In this document: in pieces, positions 1 through 10,983 of the stretch
Layout of the letters: each line of letters opens with the position of its first letter
How positions within the stretch are numbered: position 1 is the first letter of the stretch
Origin: Octopus bimaculoides
Taxonomy: Eukaryota
Assembly: GCF_001194135.2 (NCBI RefSeq)
Contig: NC_068998.1
Location: forward strand, 28,821,640 to 28,861,839
Direction of reading: 5' to 3'
DNA: 40,200 nt
Program-made: the position numbers and the translations under genes
The notes under the pieces: model-generated
Databases searched by the model: none
Told to the model about the DNA's origin: nothing
The model's input: the letters and a program-made list of their open reading frames with translations, nothing else

Positions 1-103
1 TAGACTTACAAAGAATAAGTCCTGGGATCAATTTCTTCAACAAAACCCTTCAAGGCAGTGCTCCAGCATGGCTGCAGTCAGATGACTGAAACAAGTAAAA
101 GAA
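1..103 (+). mobile_element. 3' end of tRNA-derived SINE (octopus OK/OR-like family), followed by (CA)n
   Basis: Tail ...gtgctccagcatggctgcagtcagatgactgaaacaagtaaaag matches the ends of the fuller copies at 9961-10354 and 17615-17995 in this window. Confidence 0.8.
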
Positions 104-1174
104 TACACACACACACACACACACACATGTATATGTGTCAAATATGCATACATATACATCAAAGCCCTTATATACATAAATATATATGTTGTGATATAGA
201 TTATCAGAGGAAGAAGGGCATTATTTATGATCCTTTGCAGCACTTTAGTAGCTGGTGGGAATAAAGTAGGAATTTACCTTCATACCAGAGACCTAGCCTA
301 ATCTGAGGAATACACTCTCTGAAAGGTATTTTCCTTGTTTCAAATAAGTAAAACATTTCATTTTTTTATCTGTTAAGTCACTTTACCAAAATATTTATAT
401 TTATATGCTTGTTTTTCATGAACACAAAATTCCAAACACTGTGATATTTAATGGATACCAATGCTAATAAGGAATATAATTACTACAATAAATGAGGGAA
501 ATACTTTAGACACTCTGAGGTGTGTTTTATTCCTTCTCAAACATTTGGTTTTATATGTGGCTCAAGCAGAAACCACCAGAGATAACTCTGACAGCTAGTT
601 TTGATTGTTTGTCAACTACTTTTGTTGTTGTTCAGTTCTGTGTCTGCCCCAAATCTGTCTCATTTGCTCAGAGCATAAGCATATAACGTCCAACATAATG
701 TCCAATCTTGACAACCTTATTTTCCTCTGCACACCTAATGTACCCCATACTACACTATTAAACATAGCATTTTTTTTTTGCCACTTTAGGCAAGAAATTT
801 AGAGATTTGGATGCTATTTCTAGCATGTTGAACGACCTCATACAGACTCCATCATTGGCTTGCCTATAGTTCATTCTGTTAAGATGAGGTTTTAAAAGAT
901 ATCTATAACTGATTGCATGATCAACCATTAACAGTGTGACGTGTAGGAACTCCATTATCCTACCAGTTTCTCTCCAATTATTGATGATTCATTAGTTTTA
1001 GATATACTGTCTTTTAGTGAGCACCTCTTACTGTCACTTTATACTATCTGGCAGGGTATTCATTATCGATGAGTTCATTATAACTGAATTTTCTATCTTT
1101 ACATTTGACTATGCCATCATATATTTGTATGCACCATTTGATTTCTCTCAGTTTTTAATAAGATATTTTTTTAA

Positions 1175-1394
1175 CCCTTTAGCATTTAAACTGGCCGTAT
1201 CCAGCCCAAATATTCTACCTTTTTTCTGTTCAAACTGACCAGATCTGGCTTTTCACACCTACTCTACTACATCATTCTTAAAGTATACAATCACATTACC
1301 AAAATCTCAAAGCTACAAGATAATTCATGATCAATCTAAAACATTGTGAATGAATATGCATTACGTATGACAGAGTAATCTGAAAGCTAAAAGG
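1175..1394. mobile_element. piggyBac-type MITE (about 220 bp) with TTAA target duplication
   Basis: TTAA at 1171-1174 and 1395-1398. Left end CCCTTTAGCATT versus reverse complement of right end CCTTTTAGCTTT (10/12). No ORF. Confidence 0.7.
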
Positions 1395-2099
1395 TTAAAC
1401 AGATTACTGTGGGTAGTCTTGCATTAAAATGTGAAAGATTCTCTGTCAATATTGTTAATTATTATGAATATTTGTAAACTGTCAAGACACCTAATTACAA
1501 AGCCACTCCTCAAAATGTATCACCTTTTATCAACCTGCTCTATTCAGTTGAAATATGAAACTACCTATTATAAAGACATCTACTTTAGTTCTTCCATAGT
1601 GAATCCAAATCTATAATGTAGTAAGTTAAGTGCAGTTCTTACAGGATTTCAGTTTGAACATTGTTACCTCATAAGTTTGATTACTTTTAGAGCAAGAATA
1701 ACAAGTTAATATTCAAACCACAACTACCCTTCAAATACCCTGTGTGTCTCATCAATTGCATGCTCCCTAACTAAGAAACATTTTCTTTGGTACTGTTTTT
1801 CTATATTCTTTGCATCAGCACTGTGCTCACAATACAATTCTTGTACTTTAAAAAGTGAATGCTAATGACAGCTCCAGCTGAAGATGTGTTGAGGTACATG
1901 AGATCAAGTTATCTGATTACAGTACTGTTTAATACTTCTCAGTTTCATAGCATCACTACTCAATAAAGGCCTGATGCCACGACCTCATAAATCATAAACT
2001 GGAAGAATTTGACCACAGACCTTCAACATCTTCCAGGTATCCTTCCAATGGACTTCAACCTGTCTCTATCTACCACTTAACTTTACATCTTAACACCTA

Positions 2100-3402
2100 C
2101 AGGGTCATCATCATCATCATCATCATCGTCTAATGTCCATTTTCCATGTTGGACGGTTTGTGCGCTGAATAAATTCTCTAAACTATGCAAAAATGAAAAT
2201 AACACTGACATCTCATTTTAACAGATATATGTACCAGAATTACATAGAAATGTTTCGAAATACTAAATAGTAAATTTATTCAATAAAATTGCCATTGGCT
2301 TCAACCACAGCTTCCAGACGACTTTGGAATCTTTAGCAACTCTTCTGGATGGTTTCCTTGTTTAAGTGGGTGAATGCTGCCATAATCCTTGCCTTCGGTT
2401 CATAGTTGGTGTTACAAGGAGTTTTGTTGGTCTCTCACTCAACTGCACCCCACACATAATAATCAAGGGGATTGCAGTCTGGGGAGTTAGGTGGCCAGAT
2501 GTTAGGGCTGATATGGTCACAGAAATTGTCTGACAGTCATGACTAGGTTTTCCTGTTTGTGTGGCATGGGGCAGAGTCCTGTTGCCAGACATAGGGTCTT
2601 CCAGCAGCCACCTCTTGAATCAAGGCAGCACTACCTCCTCCAGACACTGGATGTAGACCTTCATGTTGAGTGTGAGGCCATGTGAGAAGATGAATGGAAG
2701 CATAGTGTCAGCATCACTAATGATCACTCCAAACACCATGATGTTGACTGGATGTTTGGTTTTTATTACTTTTGGTGCATGTTTTGGGGACATGGTAAGC
2801 CAATGGTTGTTCTGTGTGTTCACCATCTGGTCCTGGCAGAAATTTTTCTCATCTGAGAAAAACCAAAACATGTTTGGTTGGAGGGGATGCTTAAGTTTGT
2901 TCAAAAGCTTCAAAGCATGGTCTTTCCTCTTGTCCTTGATGGCTTGGGATAAAAATTGGCACTTTCTCATCTTGTATGAGGAATACTTAATGTCTTCATG
3001 CACTACCTGCCCGATGAGAAAATCAGACACTCCCATGTCCCTGGCGATGGACCTGGTTGACTTGGAGGGATGTTTATCAATGATGGCCTGGATCTCACCA
3101 ACAAATTCAGGAATTCTTATCAGAACAATTAGAGTGAGTTTTCTGAGCTGCCATACCTTTGAAATCACTATTAGACTATTGACGCCCAAACATTCTGAAA
3201 TGTTCATATTGGAGCTTCTGGCGTAAATACCAAGCAGTACAGCATGTTGTTTCCAAATTTCTGGCCAAGTGAATTGCATCATGGTGACCAACTATGACCA
3301 ACTGACTCTACTATACTGTGTAGTCAACAAAATCATAAACAAACAATGTACATGCATGAAATTAAAAATATAAAATGGCAACAGTTTACCCATTGCATCC
3401 TG
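2100..3402 (-). mobile_element. Decayed Tc1/mariner DD37D (maT-type) transposon, full length, transposase pseudogene
   Basis: Minus strand gives WFFSDEKNF, then after a frameshift near 2600 YVWQQDSAPCH...IWPPNSPDCNPLDYYVWG, with 37 residues between the 2nd and 3rd D. Ends ...EANGNFIE* at 2276-2278. Several internal stops. TA flanks at 2098-2099 and 3403-3404. Degenerate TIRs CAGGGTGCGCTGAATAAATT / CAGGATGCAATGGGTAAACT, the left one interrupted by an insertion. Confidence 0.92.
2105..2160 (-). mobile_element. Extreme 3' tail of RTE LINE ((GAT)n tail) inserted in the DD37D TIR
   Basis: (CAT)n-cgtctaatgtccattttccatg...ttggacggtttg matches the tail copies at 12943, 36540-36576 and 37953. Confidence 0.7.
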
Positions 3403-4759
3403 TATATGTTAATCACTTAGCCTTATAATAATCCAACTACCTAGGTTCATTATGAGTGTCTTCCTAGCTAATGAGAAGCAAAGAATTTTTTTGCCATTTA
3501 TGAATCAATAATTTGGTTTCTTTACCATAATCACTATGCATGACCATGTATCATTCTTTTCAAGAATATGTTGGTATTCTTTGAAAAAATTGTTACAATA
3601 ATCCACAAGTCACCAGACTTCACACATTGAATTACAATAATAGCAATTAGAACAAACAGAATACCATGCTCTTGTCTCTTGCTGGCTCCTCAATACCCAA
3701 TATTTGGTAATGACTGTTAAAGATGTTCATTGAGATGTGCAGCTATAAACTGTTGCAATTCACTGTTAATTTGGCATAAATAGGTTGCAGCCATTACAAA
3801 TATCTTATTGCAAACATTGGCAAAACAGGTAAAACAGAATTAGAGGAATTCACAAAATCCATTTCCCAGACTGCATATTAGAGATATTTCCTAATCATCA
3901 TGCTTATTTCTGATGCTAAAAGATTGAAATGATTACACTTCTGTATTACAAGTTACGGATCTACATCAATCTTATTATTTAGTTTTCCAAATAGAAAATA
4001 GAATATGTATTATATACCGATTCTGGGACATAATTCTTCAGCCTTTACATATCTCTATAGCCATATGTTGATGTAATACTGAACAGTGTTACAAAAAGAT
4101 TAAAGCAGTCATTGGAAACAAACAGCAACCATAACAACAACAGCAACAACACGCACACACACACTTCTCACTAACCCCAGCTTTTTCTCAATACCATTTA
4201 TTTTCCTTACTAACTAGAACCATTTCCCTTATTATCCATCCTTTATTCATTAATACTGTTCTCTACACCCACACTTCATATTGATAAATCCTGCCCACCA
4301 CTGAACCACAAAATGATCTTTCACTGACTTCCATATGTCTCTCATACCCTATGCCTACCTATATCTCTTCCCTTCCCTTCCCTCCTCTCTGTCATCTCAT
4401 ATTCTCTCTCTATTGGTCACCTTTAACTCTTTATCTACCATTCACTGTTTGTCTTCAAACTCACCCAATCTTAACAGTTCTTGCTCACACCCCCTCCACT
4501 ACCCCCCATCTTTCACTCCCCAGTACTCTCACCCACACTCCTAGTTTCTCTCACTTCTCACTTCATACCTTGAGGGTCCACCCCTGACACCTCATCACCA
4601 CTACTTCTATTTCTTTTCAGCTCCACCCTCACTTCTAAAAGATGAATTGTTATGTAGCTCTTGAAATGAAACTGAAATCACCTCCCACTCCTTTCCTACA
4701 TATTGAGCAGGGCCATTTACCTAATGGAAGGAGAGGCTTATCTGCTTTCTTGCTAACAA

Positions 4760-5450
4760 CTTTAGTCTTTGCTTAGTTATATTTAAGGCCCTTTAATTCT
4801 CAGTTTTGTTTCCAAACCCGGAACCTCTTCTCCAATTCTGCTTCAGATTCTGCAATAAAAGCAAGATCATCAGCATATAGTAGTTTCCATGTGCATCCAG
4901 TTTTGAATTCATCTGTTATGGCCTGGAGAACTATGATGAATAAGAGTGGACTAAGAGTTAATCCCTGGTGAAATCCAGTTTGTATACTATATTCATCACT
5001 GTATTCAAGGCCAATTCTCACCTTACAGCATTGCTGTGCATGGCTTAAATGGCTCTAACAAGCCAACCCTCCACTCCTAGCTTCCTTAGAGACCAGTGGA
5101 TAAGAGAGAGTGGAGAACCTTGTCGAAAGTTTTTTCCAGGTCAACAAAGGTTAAGTGCAGTGGTTTACTTTTGACCAAATACTTTTCTTGCAACTGTCTC
5201 ACTATGAAGATGGCATCTGTAATACTTCTCCCTGGAATCAAACCAAACTGTATCTCATGTAGTTTAATTCTATCCCTAATCAGTTGAGATATAACTCTCT
5301 GTAATTTTCATGAGCTGGTCCAGCAGCTCTGTAGTTGTTTCTATCTAAGGCATCACCTTTATCCTTGAAGCAGCTAACTATAATACTACTACACCAGGCT
5401 TTGGGGATGATGCCTTCCTGAATAACCTGATTAACTATCCGAGTGACTAA
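4760..5450 (-). mobile_element. RTE-clade LINE reverse transcriptase fragment (pseudogene)
   Basis: Consecutive pieces IPKAWCSSIIVSCFKDKGDALDRNNYR / QFGLIPGRSITDAIFIVRQLQEKY...FVDLEKTFDKV / GFHQGLTLSPLLFIIVL...LLYADDLAFIAESE cover the typical non-LTR RT motifs, with frameshifts. Confidence 0.9.
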
Positions 5451-5454
5451 GTCG

Positions 5455-5495
<41 letters not shown>

Positions 5496-5599
5496 ACGCA
5501 CACATTGCAAGTATGTATGTGTGTGTGTGTGTGTGCATGTGTGCATGTGTATAAGTGTGTGTGTGTGTGCATACATACATACATACATACATGCATAAA

Positions 5600-5893
5600 C
5601 ATGACCTAGTGGTTAGGCTGTTGCACTTGCAATCGTGAGATCATGATTTCAATACCTAGTCTGAGTGGTGTGTTGTGATCTTGAACAAAACCCTTCATCT
5701 CACATTGCTCTGTAATCTGTTTAACACCTGATACATGGTACACTGTGTACCTGTTCAGACAACGTTGATTTAATGGTGAAAGCGAGCTAATGTGCAGCAT
5801 TAGCATTCAATCACTATAAACAAATCACTTGTGCAGGTCATTTGGTAAAAAGCTGAATGCTCAAATGTCGTCTTTGATGGGAGAGTCCATCAT
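5600..5893 (+). mobile_element. tRNA-derived SINE (second family; MetaSINE-like core)
   Basis: A-box-like ctagtggttagg, degenerate B-box and gttgtgatcttgaacaaaac core, shared with the copies at 24409 and 37993 (minus). Confidence 0.65.
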
Positions 5894-6281
5894 ATGTATA
5901 TAGCAATTGGACAAAGAATGAAGGATTATAATTTCACATAAACTTTATTCAATGTTACAAACTACATAAAATGGCTTGTATACATAATCAATTAGTCAAT
6001 CAGTTAATCAGTTAATTAATGAATCATCCAACCCTCAACCATTCTCTTCAGAGTTTAAAGTTATTGTGGTAGGTATATAAATGTAGGCTCTGGTGTGCGC
6101 ATGCACGCACACGCATGCACGAATGCGCGCGCGCGCACACACACACAGTGAGGGTAATAAGCTTGCTTCCTAACCATGTTCAGTCCCATTGCTTCACACA
6201 TTGGGCCAACAAAAAGCCTTGTGAGTGGATTTGGTAGACAGAAACTGAAAGAAGCCCATTTGTATATATATATATATATAT

Positions 6282-6445
6282 NNNNNNNNNNNNNNNNNNN
6301 NNNNNNNNNNNNNNNNNNNNNNNNNNNNNNNNNNNNNNNNNNNNNNNNNNNNNNNNNNNNNNNNNNNNNNNNNNNNNNNNNNNNNNNNNNNNNNNNNNNN
6401 NNNNNNNNNNNNNNNNNNNNNNNNNNNNNNNNNNNNNNNNNNNNN
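6282..6445. other. Assembly gap (N run); others at about 34768-34777 and 35198-35799
   Basis: N characters, all adjacent to microsatellites. Confidence 0.99.
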
Positions 6446-6586
6446 ATAAAAGATAATAAGAGTGAAAAAACTACAGAAGGCTTGTGTTACATGGTTAAAG
6501 TATATATTTAAATTATGTCAGAAAAATGTAAGAAAAATGTTATAAAAATGTTATAAAATCTTTTTGGTATATAAACATTGTATTTT

Positions 6587-6625
6587 GAGAAATAACCGGT
6601 TTCGTGTTGTCTTTTCAAATTTCTC
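6587..6625 (-). ncRNA. Minimal type I hammerhead ribozyme motif, U3-A8 core variant
   Basis: Minus strand reads GAGAAAT | TTGAAAA | G acaaca C | GAA | ACCGGT | T | ATTTCTC. Perfect 7-bp stem I, 1-bp stem II, palindromic stem III, and U3/A8 can pair in place of C3/G8. Confidence 0.65.
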
Positions 6626-7864
6626 TACTTCGTTGTGTCGTGTTCGTTCCAATATATATATGTGTGTATGTATGTATATGCATATGGGTGTTTGTGTGTG
6701 CGTCTTTGTGTTGTGTTTGTCCCCTACCATTGTTTGACAACTAGTGCTCGTTTGTTTCTGTCCTGATAATCTAGCAATTCAGCAAAAGAGACTGACAGCC
6801 TAAATACCAGACTTCAAAAATAAGCACTGTGGATTGATTTGTTCAACAGAAACCCTTTAAGGCAGATCCCAAGTATGGCTACAGACCAATGACTGTAAGA
6901 AGTAGTAAATGTGTGAGTGTGTGTGTGTACATCTCTCACATCCTCTAACTCTACTATACATCTTAGATTCTGTCTCTTTTCTTCTCCCACTATTTTCTCC
7001 AACCTATACCCACACAGTCCTACCTGTAGTCTTCCTATCTCTCTTCCTTAATTTATCTACAATCTTATTATTCTGGTGCATGCCACCCTTTCTTTACTGC
7101 CATTCATCACCTCCACCCAACTCCACCCCACCATAATGCTTATATCTTTTATCACCTTCCACCCCACTCATATTTGCTGTTGACCACATTTCCACCCGTG
7201 TTTACCATTCACAACAATTACCTCCATTCCCATCTCTACCCATTTCCCACTCTTTGCATTGGAGTACCACCAAGTGCTAGTAGAAATAGTCAGACTCATA
7301 ATATCAGGACTTAGTCAATAAGGCCCTTGTCAAGGGATTGGTATTCAACCTCATTCCCTATTGAAGGTGACTGCTGCAGCTTTCCATCTGCATCAGTGCA
7401 CTATTTCCTGTTGAAGCTAGGTCTCGAACCCAGGCAACTGAAAAACTCGTTGAGGAAATAGGCAGAGTAGCTGAAACTAGCTCAAGATGACTCTGGCTGA
7501 TAAAAGACCACAAGTGAAACCCTTCCCTAGTGAAAACTAGTTCAGTCCTTGCTGCCTCACTCAGGTGAAGTGTACAGGCTAAAGGACAAAGTGCTTGTGA
7601 CCCTGAGATACCAGCTGACGATATGGAAGGGTTTCCAACATTGTAATGGATTTAGAAGAGCTTGCAAAATCTCTAAGTAGCCCCTGCAGTTTCTGATGTT
7701 TATTTCACTTTTCACCTGTATTTCTTTTACAGTAAGTAACCAGTTCCTCTTCCCCCATCATACCTTAACTTCTCAATACCTAGCACAGTGCCACTTCCCT
7801 CTCTATTTCACTCCCACTCAGTGAAGGTGGCCTTTTAGTTTTGCAAATTATATGATGACTTCAT

Positions 7865-8039
7865 TAGTGGTGGTACCATGAGAAAACACCACAATACATT
7901 CTGTAAAGTGGTTGGGCTTAGGAAAGGTATCCAGCTGTAGATATACCAAAGCAGGCATTGAAGCTCAACGTACTCCTCTGACTTTTCAGATGTTGTTGAA
8001 CTGTTCAACATAGATGTATGTTAAATGATGAGGATGATT
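7865..8039 (+). mobile_element. 5'-truncated RTE LINE 3' UTR with (GAT)n tail
   Basis: ttaggaaaggtatccagctgtaga...gttaaatgatgaggatgat is similar to 36430-36576. Confidence 0.65.
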
Positions 8040-8263
8040 ATACACAACCATACACACATACAGTTATATATTGCTTAAGTATGAACACACACTCATACAC
8101 ATACACACACGCCTACACTCACACACTTACATGCGCCCTACCTCCAACACACTGTTTTGTGCTGATTATCAAAAACAGATGGAATGAATTATGACTATTG
8201 TAAAATTGAAAGAGTTGTTTCCCTTACACTTATTGTAGCCATCTTCACGTTTCCTTCACGCAG

Positions 8264-8321
8264 CAGTACAAATTTGTTAAAAACGGATATAGACAACTAC
8301 TTAAAATACAGTAGGAACAAT
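8264..8321 (+). CDS. Candidate internal exon of an unidentified host gene (STNLLKTDIDNYLKYSRNN)
   Basis: Pyrimidine tract catcttcacgtttccttcacgcag, NAGNAG acceptor and donor AAT|gtatgt. An alternative donor ACA|gtagga after 8310 would be phase-compatible with the 12441 exon. No homology recognised. Confidence 0.3.
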
Positions 8322-8386
8322 GTATGTTTTGACGTTACAGTGTATTGTTATGTAAATCAAAGTTATCGGCTGACACTGTACGTATT

Positions 8387-8960
8387 GACTGTGTGATAAG
8401 AAGTTTGCTTCTCAACCACATGATTCTGGGTTCAGTCCAACTTGATGGCACCTTGGGCGATTATTTTCTACTATAGCCCCAGCCTGACGAAAGCTTTGTG
8501 AGTGGATTTGGTGGGGGGAAACTGAAAGAAGTTCATCATATATGTGTGTGTGTGTGGTCTTTATGTTTGGTGTTTGTCTCTTACTACCCCTTGTTGACAA
8601 CTAATGTTGGTTTGTTTACATCTCCATAACTTAGTGCAATGGTTCTCAACTAAGGTCCCTATAAGATTTTTTGTGTTAAAATATATGAGCAATAAATTGC
8701 TTATACTTCTACAATACAGAAAACATTTAAATTTGTTTTAAATACAATTCCCAATAATATTTAATAATAAAAATACAATAGGACTTTTAAACAGTGAATG
8801 GCTGGGGGAGGGGGTCCACCAGAGTAAAATCAGAATCAAAAGGTTGTCCATAGATAAAAGAACCACTGACTTAGTGGTTCAGCAAAAAGACATTGATAGA
8901 AAATGGACCAGGCTTTAAAAGATAAGTTTCAATGACTGAAACAACTCCAGGATAAAAGAT
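8387..8960 (+). mobile_element. OK/OR-like SINE interrupted by an hAT MITE
   Basis: Head gactgtgtgataagaagtttgcttctcaaccacatgattctgggttcagtcc. The body resumes after the MITE at acttagtggttcagcaaaaagac. Confidence 0.8.
8637..8868. mobile_element. hAT-type MITE (232 bp) with 8-bp TSD
   Basis: Exact 8-bp duplication ACTTAGTG at 8629-8636 and 8869-8876. Ends CAATGGTTCT / reverse complement CAGTGGTTCT (9/10). Confidence 0.88.
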
Positions 8961-9320
8961 GATAACTAGCTGTGCATCTGGAAGTCTTTTGTTCAGATAA
9001 AAACCACCACCACCACCACAGCCTTGTGATTGTGGGACTTATTTGTTCAGTGAAATAAATCACAACAATCTGAAGGGATTAGGGTTGGTCTGTAGCAACA
9101 AAAATTAGTTCACATACTGGAATATGTTTTGGGGTAGGTTGTAGTATATGACAAAAGCAACATTTCTAAATGAACTGAAATGAATTTAATAAAGGAGATA
9201 AAAACCTCATAGTAATAGTAACTTTTAAAAATTGTGGTGGGGAAGGGGAATAACTTTAGGAAACTAAGAATCAGTTTCACAGAAAACTGAATTTTCATAC
9301 TTTTATGTATTTGTTTTGTC

Positions 9321-9370
9321 AGATTCCTGACGTAAAATCGTGTTGAAACATATTGTTAATATGTCAGGCT
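9321..9370 (+). ncRNA. Degenerate hammerhead-like motif
   Basis: CTGACGT (A9 lost) ... GAA ACATATT gtt AATATGT C: perfect 7-bp stem III ending in a GUC triplet. Stems I and II are poor. Confidence 0.4.
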
Positions 9371-9702
9371 ATTATTTTTATTTTATTTTATTTATTTATT
9401 GTTTTTTGCAAAATAACTACATGCACTCGATGTTTGCTTTTCATTTCAGTTTTATTATTCTTCTTATTTTAGTAATCTTTTGTCTGAAATATTTCGTCAC
9501 ACGTCCTGTTACCATTTCAGTGACTCTCCGTCCCATGTCTCCCCAGACAAAGGATACTAAAATAAGAATAGTAATAAAGTTGAAGGGAAGAATAAGAATA
9601 TAGTATATATGCTTAACTGGCAAAAAATAATAATAAAAACAAGACCATCCTAAAATATAACAATATGAACTTTCATACTTAGGTGTAAAAATCTGATTTT
9701 AG

Positions 9703-9754
9703 TTATGGAACATGTATGAACATGTTTCAATCTTTTGAGACCTCATCAGCATAA
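9703..9754 (-). ncRNA. Near-canonical type I hammerhead ribozyme motif with one extra nucleotide at the cleavage site
   Basis: Minus strand reads TTATG | CTGATGA | GGTC tcaaaa GATT | GAA | ACATG ttcata CATGT | TC | CATAA. All three stems form, but two nucleotides rather than one lie between stems III and I. Confidence 0.65.
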
Positions 9755-9960
9755 TGTAATCTACTGAAACCTGCTTTGATTTTTGGGAAGCAAATTTACA
9801 AGTCATAAAAGGGTTATAGAAAATTGACAAATATAAATTTGCATAATTACAAAATATCAACTAAGGGAAATAACCCAAGTGGATCAATGGTATGAATTTG
9901 TATAATTCAGGTAAGAGTACTGAATGATGAATACAAACATTTTTAAATGAATAAAAATTT

Positions 9961-10354
9961 GTTTGGCTGTATGGTAAGAAGCTTGTTTCCTAACTGCATG
10001 GTTCTGGGTTCAGTCCCACATGTGAAACCTTGGGCAAGTGTCTTCTACTATAGCCTTGGGCCAACCACAGCCTTGTAACTAGATTTGGTAGGTGGAAACT
10101 GAAAGAAGTCTGTCGTGTGTGTGTGTGTGTACATGCGTGTGTGTGATTGTGTCTGCATCTGTCCCCCAACCATTATTGACAACTGGTGTTGGTGTTTACA
10201 TGCCCATTACTTAGTGGTTCAGCAATAGAAACTGATCGAATAAGTACCAGGCTTCACAAAATTGTATACTGGGGTTGATTCATTTGACACACAATTCTTC
10301 AAGGTGCTTCCCCAGTGTGGACACAGTCCAATGACTGAAACAAGTAAAAAAATA
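9961..10354 (+). mobile_element. OK/OR-like tRNA-derived SINE, near full length
   Basis: ggctgtatggtaagaagc...ggttcagtcccac head, internal (TG)n and aatgactgaaacaagtaaaa tail. Confidence 0.85.
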
Positions 10355-10861
10355 ACAAAATCTTTATATGACTGTTAAAAAAATGGGGAAATAATTTCTG
10401 TTATTCAAGAACTGAATGATGTACGCAAACATTTCTAACAATTACTTTTAAGTTTTTGATTTCCCCACCCATCCTCACCTGCACCAACAAAGAACCAAAT
10501 TTTAATTCATTTCGAATGTTGTTGACTATATCATTCTGTTGATCACCACTTAATAGCTTTAATTATATAAATTCATGCCATTGGCTCACTTCAGTTATTT
10601 CCCTTAGCTCACTTTTTGTAATTTACAATAAGTTTGTTTTGGATACGCTTCAAATACTAGTATTGTCTTTTCTCTCTTGTTCAAGGATATTTTTCTGTTT
10701 TAGAACCTTTTATAAGACTTTTTGGATAACTGAAACAAAGCCAAGGAGCACAAAACAGCACTGGCTTTTGTTAGATTAAAATTTATTGCTAGGAGCTCAC
10801 TCTCTTAATTATATCATTGAATAAATTACTTTACCACTTGTATTCTCTTTGTTCTCCTCTT

Positions 10862-10983
10862 TCATCATCACCACCACCACCACCACCACCACCACCACCA
10901 CCCTTCCGCCGCCACCGCCGCCATCGCCACCACCGCCATCGCCACCGCCGCCGCCGCCACCGTCGTCATCATCATCATCATCA
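10862..10983. repeat. Compound in-register trinucleotide microsatellite (CAT/CAC/CCG/CGT/CAT)
   Basis: Read directly from the sequence. It explains the poly-W/A/M ORF 10868..11074. Confidence 0.9.

Larger units (their letters stand above)
6150..6910 (+). mobile_element. OK/OR-like SINE split by (TA)n, an assembly gap and a ribozyme-bearing repeat
   Basis: 5' half ...gtgagtggatttggtagacagaaactgaaagaagccc at about 6150-6258. 3' half gtttgtcccctaccattgtttgacaac...aatgactg at about 6690-6905. Confidence 0.75.

Noticed and set aside
279-319. 41-nt minus strand exon candidate (ECIPQIRLGLWYE)
   Set aside because: Weak acceptor, no partner exons on that strand, and too short to distinguish from chance.
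304-335. CTGAGGA...GAAA
   Set aside because: No stem II, III or I pairing.
600-1050. Possible decayed LINE on the minus strand (ORF 758..955)
   Set aside because: Only a vague resemblance to an RT thumb region, with no diagnostic motif.
1873-1925. CTGAAGA-tgt..aca-GAGA-ATCA..TGAT
   Set aside because: It has GAGA instead of GAAA and no stem I. At best a dead relic.
2663-3226. 187-aa + strand ORF
   Set aside because: It is the antisense shadow of the DD37D transposase and has no independent protein features.
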